DNA of 64,000 bases. Source: Methanobacteriota archaeon. Lineage in GTDB: Archaea; Thermoplasmatota; Thermoplasmata; RBG-16-68-12. The stretch is from positions 39 to 64,038 of the forward strand of contig VBMB01000135.1 of assembly GCA_005878525.1 (NCBI GenBank), read 5' to 3'. Each line of letters starts with the position of its first letter. Positions within the stretch are counted from its first letter, which is position 1. Below are positions 37,225-46,992 of this stretch, one piece after another. A program made the position numbers and the translations under genes. A model generated the notes under the pieces. It had not been told where the DNA came from. It ran no database searches and was given only the letters and a program-made list of their open reading frames with translations.

Positions 37225-38172
37225 TCACGGCGTCGGATCGGGCCGAGGAAGGAGCCCGGCCTCCCTCACGAGATCGGGCACGATTTCCTCCCATCCGATC
37301 GGCATGATGTGGACCCCGCGGACGCCCTCGATTTTCTTGAGTGCCTTGATCGTCCGCACCGCGATGCTCACACCTTCCGCCTTCGGATTCGGAGCGCGTT
37401 CCATTCGGTCCAAGATGTGTTTCGGGACGACCGCGCCCAGCTTCTCGACCATGAACCGGGCCATTTTCGCGGACTTTAGCGGGATGACGCCCGCGAGGAT
37501 GTACACCTTGTCGTGGAGCCATTCCTTCCGCACCAAGCGCATCCATTCCTCGAACGCGTCCACATCGTAGACGCCTTGGGTCTGGACGAAGTCCGCGCCC
37601 GCGGTGACCTTTGCTCGAAGCTTCCCAAATGATTCCTCCTTCGAACCGCGGAACGGGTCCGCAGCCGCGCCGATGAACACCTTGGGCGCCTGCTCGACTT
37701 TGTCGCCGCCCCGCAGGATCCCAGTGTCCCGCAGCGCTCGGAACGTCGCAATCATCTCCTCCGTGCTGAGGTCGAAGACGGCTTTCGCGTCTTTCTCGTT
37801 TCCTGCGGTCGGAGGGTCGCCCCACAGGCAGAGGACATTGTGGATTCCGAGGGCCGAGGCCCCGAGGAGATCCGATTGGAGGCCGATGCGGTTTCGGTCT
37901 CGCGAGACCATCTGCATAATCGGCTCGACGCCTTCTTGCAGGGCGATCGTCGCGGCAGCAAGGGAGGAAATGCGGACGAGCGCGCGCTGGCCATCGGTCA
38001 TGTTGCACGCATCCACAGTCCCCCGATAGACGGCCGCATGGCCTCGAATCTCCGACGCGTCGGCGGACGCCGGCGGGGCGATCTCCGCGGTCACCGCGAA
38101 CACCCCCGAGGCGAGGATCCGCTCGAGACGACTGCCCGCGCGGATCGCACGGCTCGCGACCTCCGCGGGCAT
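37225..38172 (-). CDS. metF: 5,10-methylenetetrahydrofolate reductase
   Basis: TAEIAPP, NMTD, SRDRNRIGLQ, GDPP, AGADFVQTQ, GVHIM. Confidence 0.9.
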   Translation of the reverse strand: MPAEVASRAIRAGSRLERILASGVFAVTAEIAPPASADASEIRGHAAVYRGTVDACNMTDGQRALVRISSLAAATIALQEGVEPIMQMVSRDRNRIGLQSDLLGASALGIHNVLCLWGDPPTAGNEKDAKAVFDLSTEEMIATFRALRDTGILRGGDKVEQAPKVFIGAAADPFRGSKEESFGKLRAKVTAGADFVQTQGVYDVDAFEEWMRLVRKEWLHDKVYILAGVIPLKSAKMARFMVEKLGAVVPKHILDRMERAPNPKAEGVSIAVRTIKALKKIEGVRGVHIMPIGWEEIVPDLVREAGLLPRPDPTP

Positions 38173-38233
38173 CGCGCGCGGGAATGCCGGAGGAGCTATC
38201 TAAGCTTCGGTCGATGGTACGAAGAAATCTCGA

Positions 38234-39385
38234 TTACCATCCGTATCGGTCGCACAGCTCGAGGGCGAGGATCATCCGATAGAATTCGCGCGCGTGGATT
38301 CCCAGCCACGGCTTTCGGAGGAGTACGGACAAGATCATTCGTGGGTTGACGGCCCGCCAATCGAGTCCGTCCAATTCCTCGCCGACGGAATTCATCAGGC
38401 GATCACCCCATCGACGGATGCGCTCGATCATCCAGAACAGGAGAGGGTCGAGGAACGGGGACGCTTTCATCGCCCGGTCATAGGTCATCATGGACGTCGG
38501 ATCCTCCCGCTCCAATGCGGTCACCGCGAACTCGCCCGCGATTCGCCCGCTGAAGATTCCGGGGTGGATCCCCGCCCCATTGAGCGGGTTCGTGATGCCC
38601 GCGGCATCTCCCGCGATTGCCAAGCCGGGAGCCGCGAGCGCGGTCAGGTCGTACCGCGACGGAATCGAACCGGCGATGGTCTGCGTCTTCCGGTCGACGT
38701 CGATGCCGAACTTGCGGCAGAAGTCCACCGTGGCGGCGTGCGCGTCGATGTGACCTCCGGCGCCGACATTGACTGAATCGCCTTTCGGGAAGATCCACGC
38801 GTAACCGCCCTTGTACGCTTCGCCGATGTAGAGGAGGAAGAACTGCGGATCCAGGAGGGGGACGTCTTCGCGGCGGAACCGGTACTCGTATGCGCCGATT
38901 CGTTCGAGGCTCCTCACGAGGCCCGCCTGGCGCGCAACGAAGCTCGCCGGTCCGTCCGCACCGATCACGATGTGCGTATCAATCGTCTGGCCGTTCGCCT
39001 CGACCCGCCATCCGCCGTCGTGACGGGTAATCCCGGTGACCTTGGTCGATGTGCGCAGCTCGGCGCCATCGTCCACCGCGCCGTCGACGAGCCAGCGATC
39101 GAACATCGGGCGGTTGATCGCGTAGCCCGGAAGGCGGGTGATGTAGAACCAGGTCCCGTTCGGCACGATGCATTTCGCGCCGGAGACGCGCTGGGCGACC
39201 CACTCATCCCGAGGTCGGAGGCCGTTCGACGCGAGTCCGAACTCGCTCACGCCTTCCGCGCACTGGACGGGCTCTCCGACGACTTTCTTCTTCTCAAGGA
39301 TCGCGGTCCGGAAGCCCGCGGCGGCGAGGGCCCGTGCGGCCATTCCGCCGGCCGGTCCGGCGCCCACCACGACCGCGTCGTACAT
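38234..39385 (-). CDS. Geranylgeranyl reductase-family FAD oxidoreductase
   Basis: VGAGPAG, QCAEG, GADG, YAWIFPKG, AGDAAG..NPLNGAGI. Confidence 0.9.
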   Translation of the reverse strand: MYDAVVVGAGPAGGMAARALAAAGFRTAILEKKKVVGEPVQCAEGVSEFGLASNGLRPRDEWVAQRVSGAKCIVPNGTWFYITRLPGYAINRPMFDRWLVDGAVDDGAELRTSTKVTGITRHDGGWRVEANGQTIDTHIVIGADGPASFVARQAGLVRSLERIGAYEYRFRREDVPLLDPQFFLLYIGEAYKGGYAWIFPKGDSVNVGAGGHIDAHAATVDFCRKFGIDVDRKTQTIAGSIPSRYDLTALAAPGLAIAGDAAGITNPLNGAGIHPGIFSGRIAGEFAVTALEREDPTSMMTYDRAMKASPFLDPLLFWMIERIRRWGDRLMNSVGEELDGLDWRAVNPRMILSVLLRKPWLGIHAREFYRMILALELCDRYGW

Positions 39386-39420
39386 TCGGAGATGGTGAGG
39401 GAATCGGGGCTATTTCGGCC

Positions 39421-39948
39421 TTACGCGGTCGCCTCTGCCGGGAACCGCATCGCGAGGTCTTCGCCATGGGCCGTCGGGCGGTACACATACGGAGGCACGC
39501 CTCGTCGGACCGCCGGGCCGCGCTGCTTGGTGATCAGCTGCACGGCCATCAGGACCCGCAGGCTGTTGACCGTCGTGTACTCGGAGAGACCGAGCTCCTC
39601 GGTAACCTCGGTCACGCTCGCGTCCGGGTGGAGGTGCAGAAAGCGAAGGATCGTGACCGTGTTCCGGTCCAGGACCTCCGCGGTCTGCTTCTGTTCCGGC
39701 CGCGGCTCGAGCTCGAGCCGCTCGTAGACGCGCTTGCCTTGTTCGGAAGGTGAGACGACAACGTTCAGGAGCGCGGTCTTCTCGATCTCCAGCAAATGCT
39801 TCGCGACGGCCGCGGGAGCGATGCCCATCTGGGCCGCCAGCTCGGGGATCTTCGAATCCCGATTGCGGTACACCTTGTTCTCCACGACGATCGTGAGGAC
39901 CTCGCGCTGACGTTCCGTGAGGAGGCGAGACCAGTCGCTAGAGTGCAT
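39421..39948 (-). CDS. Double winged-helix DNA-binding protein
   Basis: LTERQREVL..IPELAAQMGI..AVAKHL; ASVTEVTEELGLSEYT. Confidence 0.75.
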   Translation of the reverse strand: MHSSDWSRLLTERQREVLTIVVENKVYRNRDSKIPELAAQMGIAPAAVAKHLLEIEKTALLNVVVSPSEQGKRVYERLELEPRPEQKQTAEVLDRNTVTILRFLHLHPDASVTEVTEELGLSEYTTVNSLRVLMAVQLITKQRGPAVRRGVPPYVYRPTAHGEDLAMRFPAEATA

Positions 39949-40124
39949 CCGGCCGCCGAACGTCGCGACCGGACTTAAGCGTTTTCGTGGAACGCCGCCG
40001 GAGGGTCGTTGTCTGACGACATCGGCGTACGATTCTGTGGCACCCGTCGGTGTGTCGGACGCACGCCGCATGTCTCGCGCTCAAGGCTATATCGAGCGAA
40101 CCGATTCCGCCTTGAGGTGCCCAC

Positions 40125-41027
40125 GTGCCCGGCAACGTCATCGATGGTAAGCGGATTGCGGACGACGTTCGGACCGAGCTGAAGCCGCGGACCTCGAAGC
40201 TCGCGGATGAGGGCGTGGTCCCCGGACTCGCGGCGGTCCTCGTCGGGGAAAATCCCGCGTCGCAACTCTACGTCAAGATGAAAGGGAAAGCCTCCGAGGA
40301 GATGGGCATGGCCCACTGGACGATTGAGCTCCCTGGCGATGTACCCGAGGTTCGTCTCCTCCAGGAAATCGGACGATTGAACAGCGATCCGAAGGTCCAC
40401 GGGATCCTCGTCCAGCAGCCGTTGCCCGACCAGATCTCGGTAGACAAGGCGGTCTCCGCGGTGAGCCCGCTCAAGGACGTGGACTGCTTCCACCCCGTGA
40501 ACGTCGGCCTCGTGCTGATTGGCCGCCCGCGGTTCGCGCCCGCCACGCCCTCCGGCGTCGTCGAGCTCCTCACGCGGAGCGGGTACGATCCGAGCGGGCG
40601 GGACGTCGTGATCGTGGGCCGAAGCAACATCGTTGGGAAACCGCTCGCCGCCCTCCTGATGCAGAAGGGTCCCAAGGCGAATGCGACGGTCACGGTCGTC
40701 CATAGCGGGACGCACGAACTCGCGGCGCACACGAGACGGGCCGAGATCCTTATCGCGGCGATGGGCTCCCCGCGATTCATCAAGGCGGACATGGTCAACA
40801 AGGGCGCCGTCGTCATCGACGTCGGGATCAATCGAGTCCGCGATGAGAGCGTGAAGAGCGGCTATCGCACAGTCGGCGACGTGGACTTTGATGCCGTGCG
40901 TCCAAAGGTGGAGGCGATCTCGCCCGTCCCCGGAGGCGTGGGACCGATGACGATCGCGATGCTCCTCTCGAATACGGTGTATGCGGCGGAGCTCGCCTTG
41001 AGAGCCGCCGGCCCCGCCCCAACGTAA
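40125..41027 (+). CDS. folD: Methylene-THF dehydrogenase/cyclohydrolase
   Basis: YVKMK, HGILVQQPLP, KDVDCFHP, GRSNIVGKP, PVPGGVGPMT. Confidence 0.97.
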   Translation: MPGNVIDGKRIADDVRTELKPRTSKLADEGVVPGLAAVLVGENPASQLYVKMKGKASEEMGMAHWTIELPGDVPEVRLLQEIGRLNSDPKVHGILVQQPLPDQISVDKAVSAVSPLKDVDCFHPVNVGLVLIGRPRFAPATPSGVVELLTRSGYDPSGRDVVIVGRSNIVGKPLAALLMQKGPKANATVTVVHSGTHELAAHTRRAEILIAAMGSPRFIKADMVNKGAVVIDVGINRVRDESVKSGYRTVGDVDFDAVRPKVEAISPVPGGVGPMTIAMLLSNTVYAAELALRAAGPAPT

Positions 41028-41072
41028 CGGCTATCCTTCGCTACACCGATTCCTCCCGCCTCGGAGGGTGGT

Positions 41073-41419
41073 CCGACGATCACGGGCGTTCAAGACGTCT
41101 ACTACGAAGTCCAGGACATGAAACGCGCGATCGCGTTCTACCGAAATGTGCTGAATCTGGCGGTAACGGAGGAGAGCGCCGACTGGAGCGCCATGAACGT
41201 GGCAGGTCTCCGCGTCGGGCTCGATTCGACCGACGGCAAGCCGACCCCGAAGCGCGCCATCTTGACGTTCAAGACGACGGATATCCGAGCCACGTCAAGC
41301 GACTCCGAAACAAAGGCGTGAAGTTCGTCGGGGAAATCGGGGACTATCCGTGGGGCAGTGTCGTGACGTTCGAGGATTCCGAAGGGTCTTTCCTCAAGCT
41401 CATGCAGCCGCCGAAGTGA
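41073..41419 (+). pseudogene. Frameshifted VOC/glyoxalase-family gene
   Basis: PTITGVQDVYYEVQDMKRAIAFY..VL; after a 1-nt shift near 41294 reads KRLRNKGVKF...YPWG..TFEDSEG..LKLMQ*; no in-frame ATG/GTG/TTG before the first conserved strand. Confidence 0.7.
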
Positions 41420-41484
41420 TCCGGATGTTGGGCGCGCGTGCGCGAAACTAGAAATCCCGACAGCCACTTTCTCCGCGTCGGATC

Positions 41485-42810
41485 ATGAAGGTCCTGGTGG
41501 TTGGGGGCGGCGGCCGCGAGCATGCGATCGTCGAAGCGCTCCATCGAAGTCAGGCGGACGTCTACGCCGCCATGTCGAACCAGAATCCCGGCATCCGTCG
41601 GCGCTCGAAAGACGTCGTCCTTGGGGACGTGACCGACGTCGAGCGCATCGTCTCCTGGGGGAAGGGGCACGGGATCGAACTCGCGGTGATCGGACCGGAG
41701 GCGCCGCTCGAGAAAGGCATCACGGATGCCCTCGAGGCCGCCGCGATTCCGACGGTCGGCCCATCCCGGGAAGCGGCTCAGCTCGAGACGAACAAGGAAT
41801 TCACACGGACTCTGATGCGGGAGCATCAGATTCCCGGGGTCCCGCCATTCTGGGCGTTCGACAATCTCGCGGGCTTCGAAGAGTTCGTGAACGACTCGGA
41901 CTTCGAGTTCGTGATTAAGCCCCTCGGCCTGACGGGCGGCAAAGGCGTGCGCGTCTGGGGCGATCACTTCTCGAGCAAGGCGGAGGCGCTGGCGTACGGC
42001 CGCGAGATCCTCGATAAGAAGATCGGCGGCGTGGCGCGATTCCTCATCGAGGAAAAACTCGTCGGGGAGGAGTTCTCCCTCCAGGCGTTCTGCGACGGCC
42101 GGGCGCTCGTCCCGATGCCGCTGGCCCAGGATCACAAGCGCGCGTATGAGGGGGACAAGGGACCGAACACGGGGGGCATGGGCTCGTACAGCGACGCGGA
42201 CCACCGGTTGCCCTTCCTCACGAAGGAGGACTTCGACCACGCCCTCGAGACGATGACGAAGACCGTGGAGGCGATGGCCGCGCGCGGCACCCCGTTCAAA
42301 GGCATCCTGTACGGCGGCTTCATGGCGACGAAAGACGGTCCCATGCTGTTGGAGTACAACGTCCGGTTCGCGGATCCGGAATCGATGAACGTCCTCCCAA
42401 TCCTCGAGACGGACTTCCTCGAAGTCTGTTCGCGCCTCACCGCAGGAAACCTCCCGTCCGGCGTCTCGTTCGCCCGCAAGGCCACGGTATGCAAGTACAT
42501 CGTCCCGATGGGGTACGGCTCGCATCCGAAGGCGGGGGAGCAGCTCAAGGTCGACGAAGAGAGCATTCGCCGCACCGGGGCGAAACTCAATTACGCGAGC
42601 GTCGACGAGAGAGGCGGACACCTGTACACGACGTCCTCTCGGTCCCTCGCGATCGTCGGGATCGCGTCGAATCTCGCGGACGCCGAGTCGATCTCCGAGG
42701 AGGCCCTGGCCTTCGTCTCGGGGAGCTTCTACGCGCGGCGGGACATCGGCAAGCCCGAGGTCATTCAGCGCAAGGTCGAACGGATGCGCAAGATCCGCGA
42801 AGGCCACTGA
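41485..42810 (+). CDS. purD: Phosphoribosylamine--glycine ligase
   Basis: GGGGREHAI, IGPEAPL, GGKGV, QDHKR..EGD.GPNTGGMG, EYNVRFADPE. Confidence 0.97.
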   Translation: MKVLVVGGGGREHAIVEALHRSQADVYAAMSNQNPGIRRRSKDVVLGDVTDVERIVSWGKGHGIELAVIGPEAPLEKGITDALEAAAIPTVGPSREAAQLETNKEFTRTLMREHQIPGVPPFWAFDNLAGFEEFVNDSDFEFVIKPLGLTGGKGVRVWGDHFSSKAEALAYGREILDKKIGGVARFLIEEKLVGEEFSLQAFCDGRALVPMPLAQDHKRAYEGDKGPNTGGMGSYSDADHRLPFLTKEDFDHALETMTKTVEAMAARGTPFKGILYGGFMATKDGPMLLEYNVRFADPESMNVLPILETDFLEVCSRLTAGNLPSGVSFARKATVCKYIVPMGYGSHPKAGEQLKVDEESIRRTGAKLNYASVDERGGHLYTTSSRSLAIVGIASNLADAESISEEALAFVSGSFYARRDIGKPEVIQRKVERMRKIREGH

Positions 42811-42966
42811 GTCCGACGGCGGAGAAACGGCGCCATCTTCGCACGACCGGACGCCAACGGAGACTGAGGCGCTCCTCGCACATCTCGATAGTTCTCGTAC
42901 TTTCCGCGACCCCTCCCGAACATCGTTAAATACCCCCGCCGCTTCGACCGGCCCAAAGGTGTCATC

Positions 42967-43350
42967 ATGGCAGACCGACCAAAACCCGGAGCGATTGTGC
43001 ACGTCGAGTTCCACGTCAAGGAACCGAAGAAGGTGGAGAAGTTCTATGAGAGCCTGTTCGGTTGGAAATTCCAAGAGGTGCCGGGGATGAACTACTCGTT
43101 GTTCCAAGCGCCGAGCGGCCCGGCGGGAGGCATCGGTGGCCTGCAGCCCGGGAACTGGCAACCGGGCGTCATCAACTACATTTTGGTGAACTCGGTCGAC
43201 GAGCACGTCGAGAAGATCAAGAAGGCGGGCGGCAAGATCGTCGCGCCGAAGAACGAGGTGCCGGGCCAGGGATGGTTCGCCATCTTCGAGGATCCTTCGG
43301 GGACTCGCTTGGCTCTCTGGCAACAGAATCCCAACGCCCCGCAAATGTAG
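42967..43350 (+). CDS. VOC/glyoxalase-like protein
   Basis: IVHVEF, FYESLFGW, AGGK, VPGQGWFAIFEDPSG. Confidence 0.92.
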   Translation: MADRPKPGAIVHVEFHVKEPKKVEKFYESLFGWKFQEVPGMNYSLFQAPSGPAGGIGGLQPGNWQPGVINYILVNSVDEHVEKIKKAGGKIVAPKNEVPGQGWFAIFEDPSGTRLALWQQNPNAPQM

Positions 43351-43436
43351 CCGCCAGGCGACCAAGCCACCCCGTCCGTCGACTTGAGTTCCGGCGCCAG
43401 ACGAAACCTTAAGACGCGCGGGGCACGTCCCTCCTC

Positions 43437-43838
43437 GTGGAGAAGTTCGACAAGTCGAAGCTTCGGCAACAGCTCTCGCCGTTGCAGTACGACGTCTGCA
43501 TCAACAAAGGGACCGAGCGGCCCTTCACCGGAGAATACTGGAACAACCACGACCCGGGTGTGTACATCTGCGTCGTCTGTGGGCGAGACCTATTCGCCTC
43601 GGACACGAAGTACGACTCCGGGACGGGCTGGCCGAGTTTCTGGGCGCCGGTCCGGAAGGAAAGCATCGATGAAAAGGCGGATCGCAGTTTGTTCATGCGG
43701 CGGACCGAGGTCGAGTGCGCCAACTGCGGGGCCCACTTGGGGCATGTGTTCGACGACGGTCCGAGGCCGACGGGTCTCCGGTATTGCATCAATTCAGCTT
43801 CGCTCAAGTTCCGTCGCGGAGGAAAGGGCCCGGGCTAA
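43437..43838 (+). CDS. msrB: Peptide methionine-R-sulfoxide reductase
   Basis: [32 protein letters not shown]. Confidence 0.97.
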   Translation: MEKFDKSKLRQQLSPLQYDVCINKGTERPFTGEYWNNHDPGVYICVVCGRDLFASDTKYDSGTGWPSFWAPVRKESIDEKADRSLFMRRTEVECANCGAHLGHVFDDGPRPTGLRYCINSASLKFRRGGKGPG

Positions 43839-43871
43839 TCCTCAAATAACGGGATGGGCCATCCTCGCGGC

Positions 43872-44489
43872 GTGAAGAATCTCGATGACGTCATCTCCGA
43901 GATCGAGGGCCGGTTGGACGAGAAAGACGAGGTCCGAGAGCTGACGATCAAGTCGTCCCGCACGATCGCTCGGCTGAGCGGGAGCGCGATCCAAGCGATG
44001 CACCGGGGCCAGGATGTTGGCACGGCGCTCCAGGAGACGCGCGAGGAGATCCTAAAGCTCCGGAGCCTTCTGAAGGACCATCCGGACCTGTACCACACGG
44101 GGATCGTCGAGAACGCGATGCAGGAAGCGGGCGAGGCGTTCCTCGTCCATGCGATCCTGGAACAGGATCCCCTTCCCAGTCCGAGGGACCTGGGCCTCAC
44201 CGACACCGCGTACCTCCTCGGCCTCGGAGACGTCGTCGGGGAGCTCCGCCGATTCGCACTCGAGCACCTGCGTCGCGGGGATGTGAAACTGGCGTCCGCC
44301 TTCTTGGAGAAGATGGAACGGATTCTGGACTCCCTCATGCGCTTCGACTATCCGACGGCTTTGGTCGCCCTCAAGCGCAAGCAGGACGTCGCGCGCAGCC
44401 TGATCGAGAAGACCCGCGGCGAGGTCGCTGTCGCGTCGCGGAGCCAGGAGCTCGCCGACAAACTCGACTCGGTCCGCGAGAAACTCTGA
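43872..44489 (+). CDS. Translin/C3PO-family protein
   Basis: RE..IK.SR, QEAGEA, YLLGLGDVVGELRR, KRKQD. Confidence 0.9.
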   Translation: MKNLDDVISEIEGRLDEKDEVRELTIKSSRTIARLSGSAIQAMHRGQDVGTALQETREEILKLRSLLKDHPDLYHTGIVENAMQEAGEAFLVHAILEQDPLPSPRDLGLTDTAYLLGLGDVVGELRRFALEHLRRGDVKLASAFLEKMERILDSLMRFDYPTALVALKRKQDVARSLIEKTRGEVAVASRSQELADKLDSVREKL

Positions 44490-44823
44490 AGCGCACCGGG
44501 GATGCCCGCCAGGAGGTGAAACCCGCATAATGGGTTCACTCTCGATCCGGTGACGATCGGACAGCGGATTGTCGGCGGCATTGGACCTTGCAGGACGTGC
44601 GGAGATCCATCGACATTCGGGTCTAGGCAGCCTACGACTCGAGGATCGGATGGAAATCCGAGTGTCTTCGCTTCGTGCTCAGGTCGGCGAAGAAGTCGAG
44701 TCGGCTGCTCGACAAGTACCATCCACAACCGGTTGCAGAAAACGAGGCGTTCCCCGGAGACGGGAAGCAAGGCATCGTGTGCGGGCGTCGCTAAATGCGC
44801 GTCTCGCGGGCTGCAAAAAGGGT

Positions 44824-45708
44824 ATGGTTCTGATCGTGATTACGTCGAACGTGGTATCATCCGTCTTCGCCAGCCGGGAGTGCGGGCTTTTGCTTGGAGA
44901 CGCCCGAGAAGTGCTCCGAACCCTGGCTGATGATTCCGTGGACTGCACCGTCACGAGCCCGCCGTACTACAGCGGACGTCGGCACGTCGGCGACACTGTC
45001 CTCGAAATCGGAAGCGAAAAGACCGTGGAGGAATACGTTGAAGCCCTCGCGTCCGTCGGGAAAGAGTTGTACCGTGTTACAAGGCCCACGGGAAGTTACT
45101 GGCTCAATCTCGACGACAAGTGCGAACGGAAGGAATGGCTGGGAATCCCATGGCGCGTCGCATTCGCGATGCGAGAAATTGGATGGAAAATCAGAAGCGA
45201 GGTGATCTGGCACAAGCCAACGCATGTCCGTAACGCGGCCAAGGACCGACTGACTCCTGCCCACGAGCTGCTCTTCTACTTTGTGAAAAGCAAAGACGCG
45301 TACTACGACATGGATGCGATCAGAAGACCCTCATCGCCACCGATTTGGGGGAAGAATGGTGTCGTGAAAACTCGGAGGGGCAGCGTGCCGACGGATGTCT
45401 GGACCCTTCAAATCGAGGACTCCACTTCTCCTGAGAATCCCTATGCGGCGTTTCCTGAAGCATTGGTTGAACTTCCAATCCGAGCCACATGCCCCCGAGG
45501 CGGAACCGTGCTCGATCCTTTTGTCGGGAGCGGCACGACGGCAGTGGTCGCACTGAGACTCGGGAGGAAGGCCATCGGGATCGACGCCTCAGCCGATTGC
45601 CTCGAGTTCACCAAGAAACGAATCCTGGAGGTCAGGGGACAGCCCGCAACTCCTCGACAAACCCCGTTCAATCACGCCGTGAAGGTGAGCCATGGGTGCA
45701 TGCGCTGA
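44824..45708 (+). CDS. Orphan N4-C/N6-A DNA methyltransferase (beta class)
   Basis: TSPPY precedes VLDPFVGSGTT; GIPWRVAF, IWHKP, AAFPEAL; start uncertain (ORF open from 44569). Confidence 0.88.
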   Translation: MVLIVITSNVVSSVFASRECGLLLGDAREVLRTLADDSVDCTVTSPPYYSGRRHVGDTVLEIGSEKTVEEYVEALASVGKELYRVTRPTGSYWLNLDDKCERKEWLGIPWRVAFAMREIGWKIRSEVIWHKPTHVRNAAKDRLTPAHELLFYFVKSKDAYYDMDAIRRPSSPPIWGKNGVVKTRRGSVPTDVWTLQIEDSTSPENPYAAFPEALVELPIRATCPRGGTVLDPFVGSGTTAVVALRLGRKAIGIDASADCLEFTKKRILEVRGQPATPRQTPFNHAVKVSHGCMR

Positions 45709-45829
45709 GTGCGGAGCGGAAACACGGTTCGAATGGGTCCGGCCGGATGTTTGGAAGCAGAAGATCGAACAGGTCGGACTCGAGGACATCCTCTGCTTGC
45801 GCTGTTACACCCGCCTCCATTGGTCGTAG
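45692..45829 (+). CDS. 45-aa CxxC...CxxC zinc-finger microprotein (below the ORF-track cutoff)
   Basis: SD AGGTGAG, then MGACAECGAETRFEWVRPDVWKQKIEQVGLEDILCLRCYTRLHWS*. Confidence 0.6.
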   Translation: MGACAECGAETRFEWVRPDVWKQKIEQVGLEDILCLRCYTRLHWS

Positions 45830-46095
45830 GGCGAATGGCGTGAACAATCCCGTATGGTCGCATGAGCGCGTATTTCAGAACTGCAGGCGACGGTGAAGTC
45901 ATTTGAGAGCTTTGAACTCATTCGTTGAAGCCTATGCTCTCTGCCTTGGGCTACCGCGTGCGTCTCGGTACGGTATACGTTATCAGCCTCGATTCCGGGG
46001 TCGGAATTCATTTAAAAAGCCGCAGGCATCGAATCGCGCATTCTACCCAGCGAGGGCCCGCCCTCCCGACAGAGGGACCGGCACCCAGGGGGAAC

Positions 46096-46992
46096 ATGAC
46101 CATGGCGGACATCGAGAAAGTGGCGAGCGGGATTCCCGGACTCGACGATCTCATCGAAGGCGGATTCTGGCCGAAGTCGACTGTCGTCATCCTGGGCTCG
46201 AGCGGGACGGGTAAGTCCACATTCGCGATCCAATTCCTGATGGAAGGCATCGAGCAAGGCGAGCAGGCGCTGTACGTCACCCTGGAGGAACCTCCGGAAC
46301 AGATCATGCGCGAGGCCGACCTGATGGGCTTCGACATGCGCAAGTACTACGAGAAGAGCCTCTTTTTCATCCATCTCAAAGGCCGCAATTTCAAGAAGAT
46401 GATCGAGGAGCAGCTGCCGCAACTCGTCAAGGCGCGCGCGGACTACAACATCAAGACGCGCGTCGTGATCGACCCAATGACGCCGGTCATTTGGGCGACC
46501 GCGGAGAAGCTCGAGCAACGCGAGTTGATCGGCAAGTTGTTCTACACGCTCAAGGAGCTCGGCGTCGTCCTGTGCACCGTCGAGGAGCACGCGAAGCCCG
46601 GGGAGACAATCGGCGAGGACGTGCTCCTGCCGATCTACCTGTCCGACGGCGCGATCCAGCTCGAGTACTATCCGATCGGCGGGGCGTTCAACCGGACCGT
46701 GAAACTCCTGAAGATGCGCGGCGTCCACCACGGCGAAGGCGTGTACCCGTACCTGTTCGCGCGCGGCGTGGGCATCGTGGTCCGCTCGAGTCCGACTCAG
46801 ATCCCCGAGGAGCAGAGCCGGAGCCACGTCAAGACGTTCGACGAGGCGATCAAGACCGCCGAGGCGATGAAGGCCCCTGCCCGCGTGATCGAACGGATCA
46901 AGCGGATGCAGAAGCACTGGGACTACGACTACTCGCCGGAAGAGGCCCTGCAGATCCTGTTCAGTTCGTACGGGTTGAAGCGGGGCGGATAG
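46096..46992 (+). CDS. KaiC/RAD55-like ATPase
   Basis: SGIPGLD, GSSGTGKS, LEEP, RVVIDP, LSDG, KMRG; short C-terminal helical extension. Confidence 0.92.
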   Translation: MTMADIEKVASGIPGLDDLIEGGFWPKSTVVILGSSGTGKSTFAIQFLMEGIEQGEQALYVTLEEPPEQIMREADLMGFDMRKYYEKSLFFIHLKGRNFKKMIEEQLPQLVKARADYNIKTRVVIDPMTPVIWATAEKLEQRELIGKLFYTLKELGVVLCTVEEHAKPGETIGEDVLLPIYLSDGAIQLEYYPIGGAFNRTVKLLKMRGVHHGEGVYPYLFARGVGIVVRSSPTQIPEEQSRSHVKTFDEAIKTAEAMKAPARVIERIKRMQKHWDYDYSPEEALQILFSSYGLKRGG

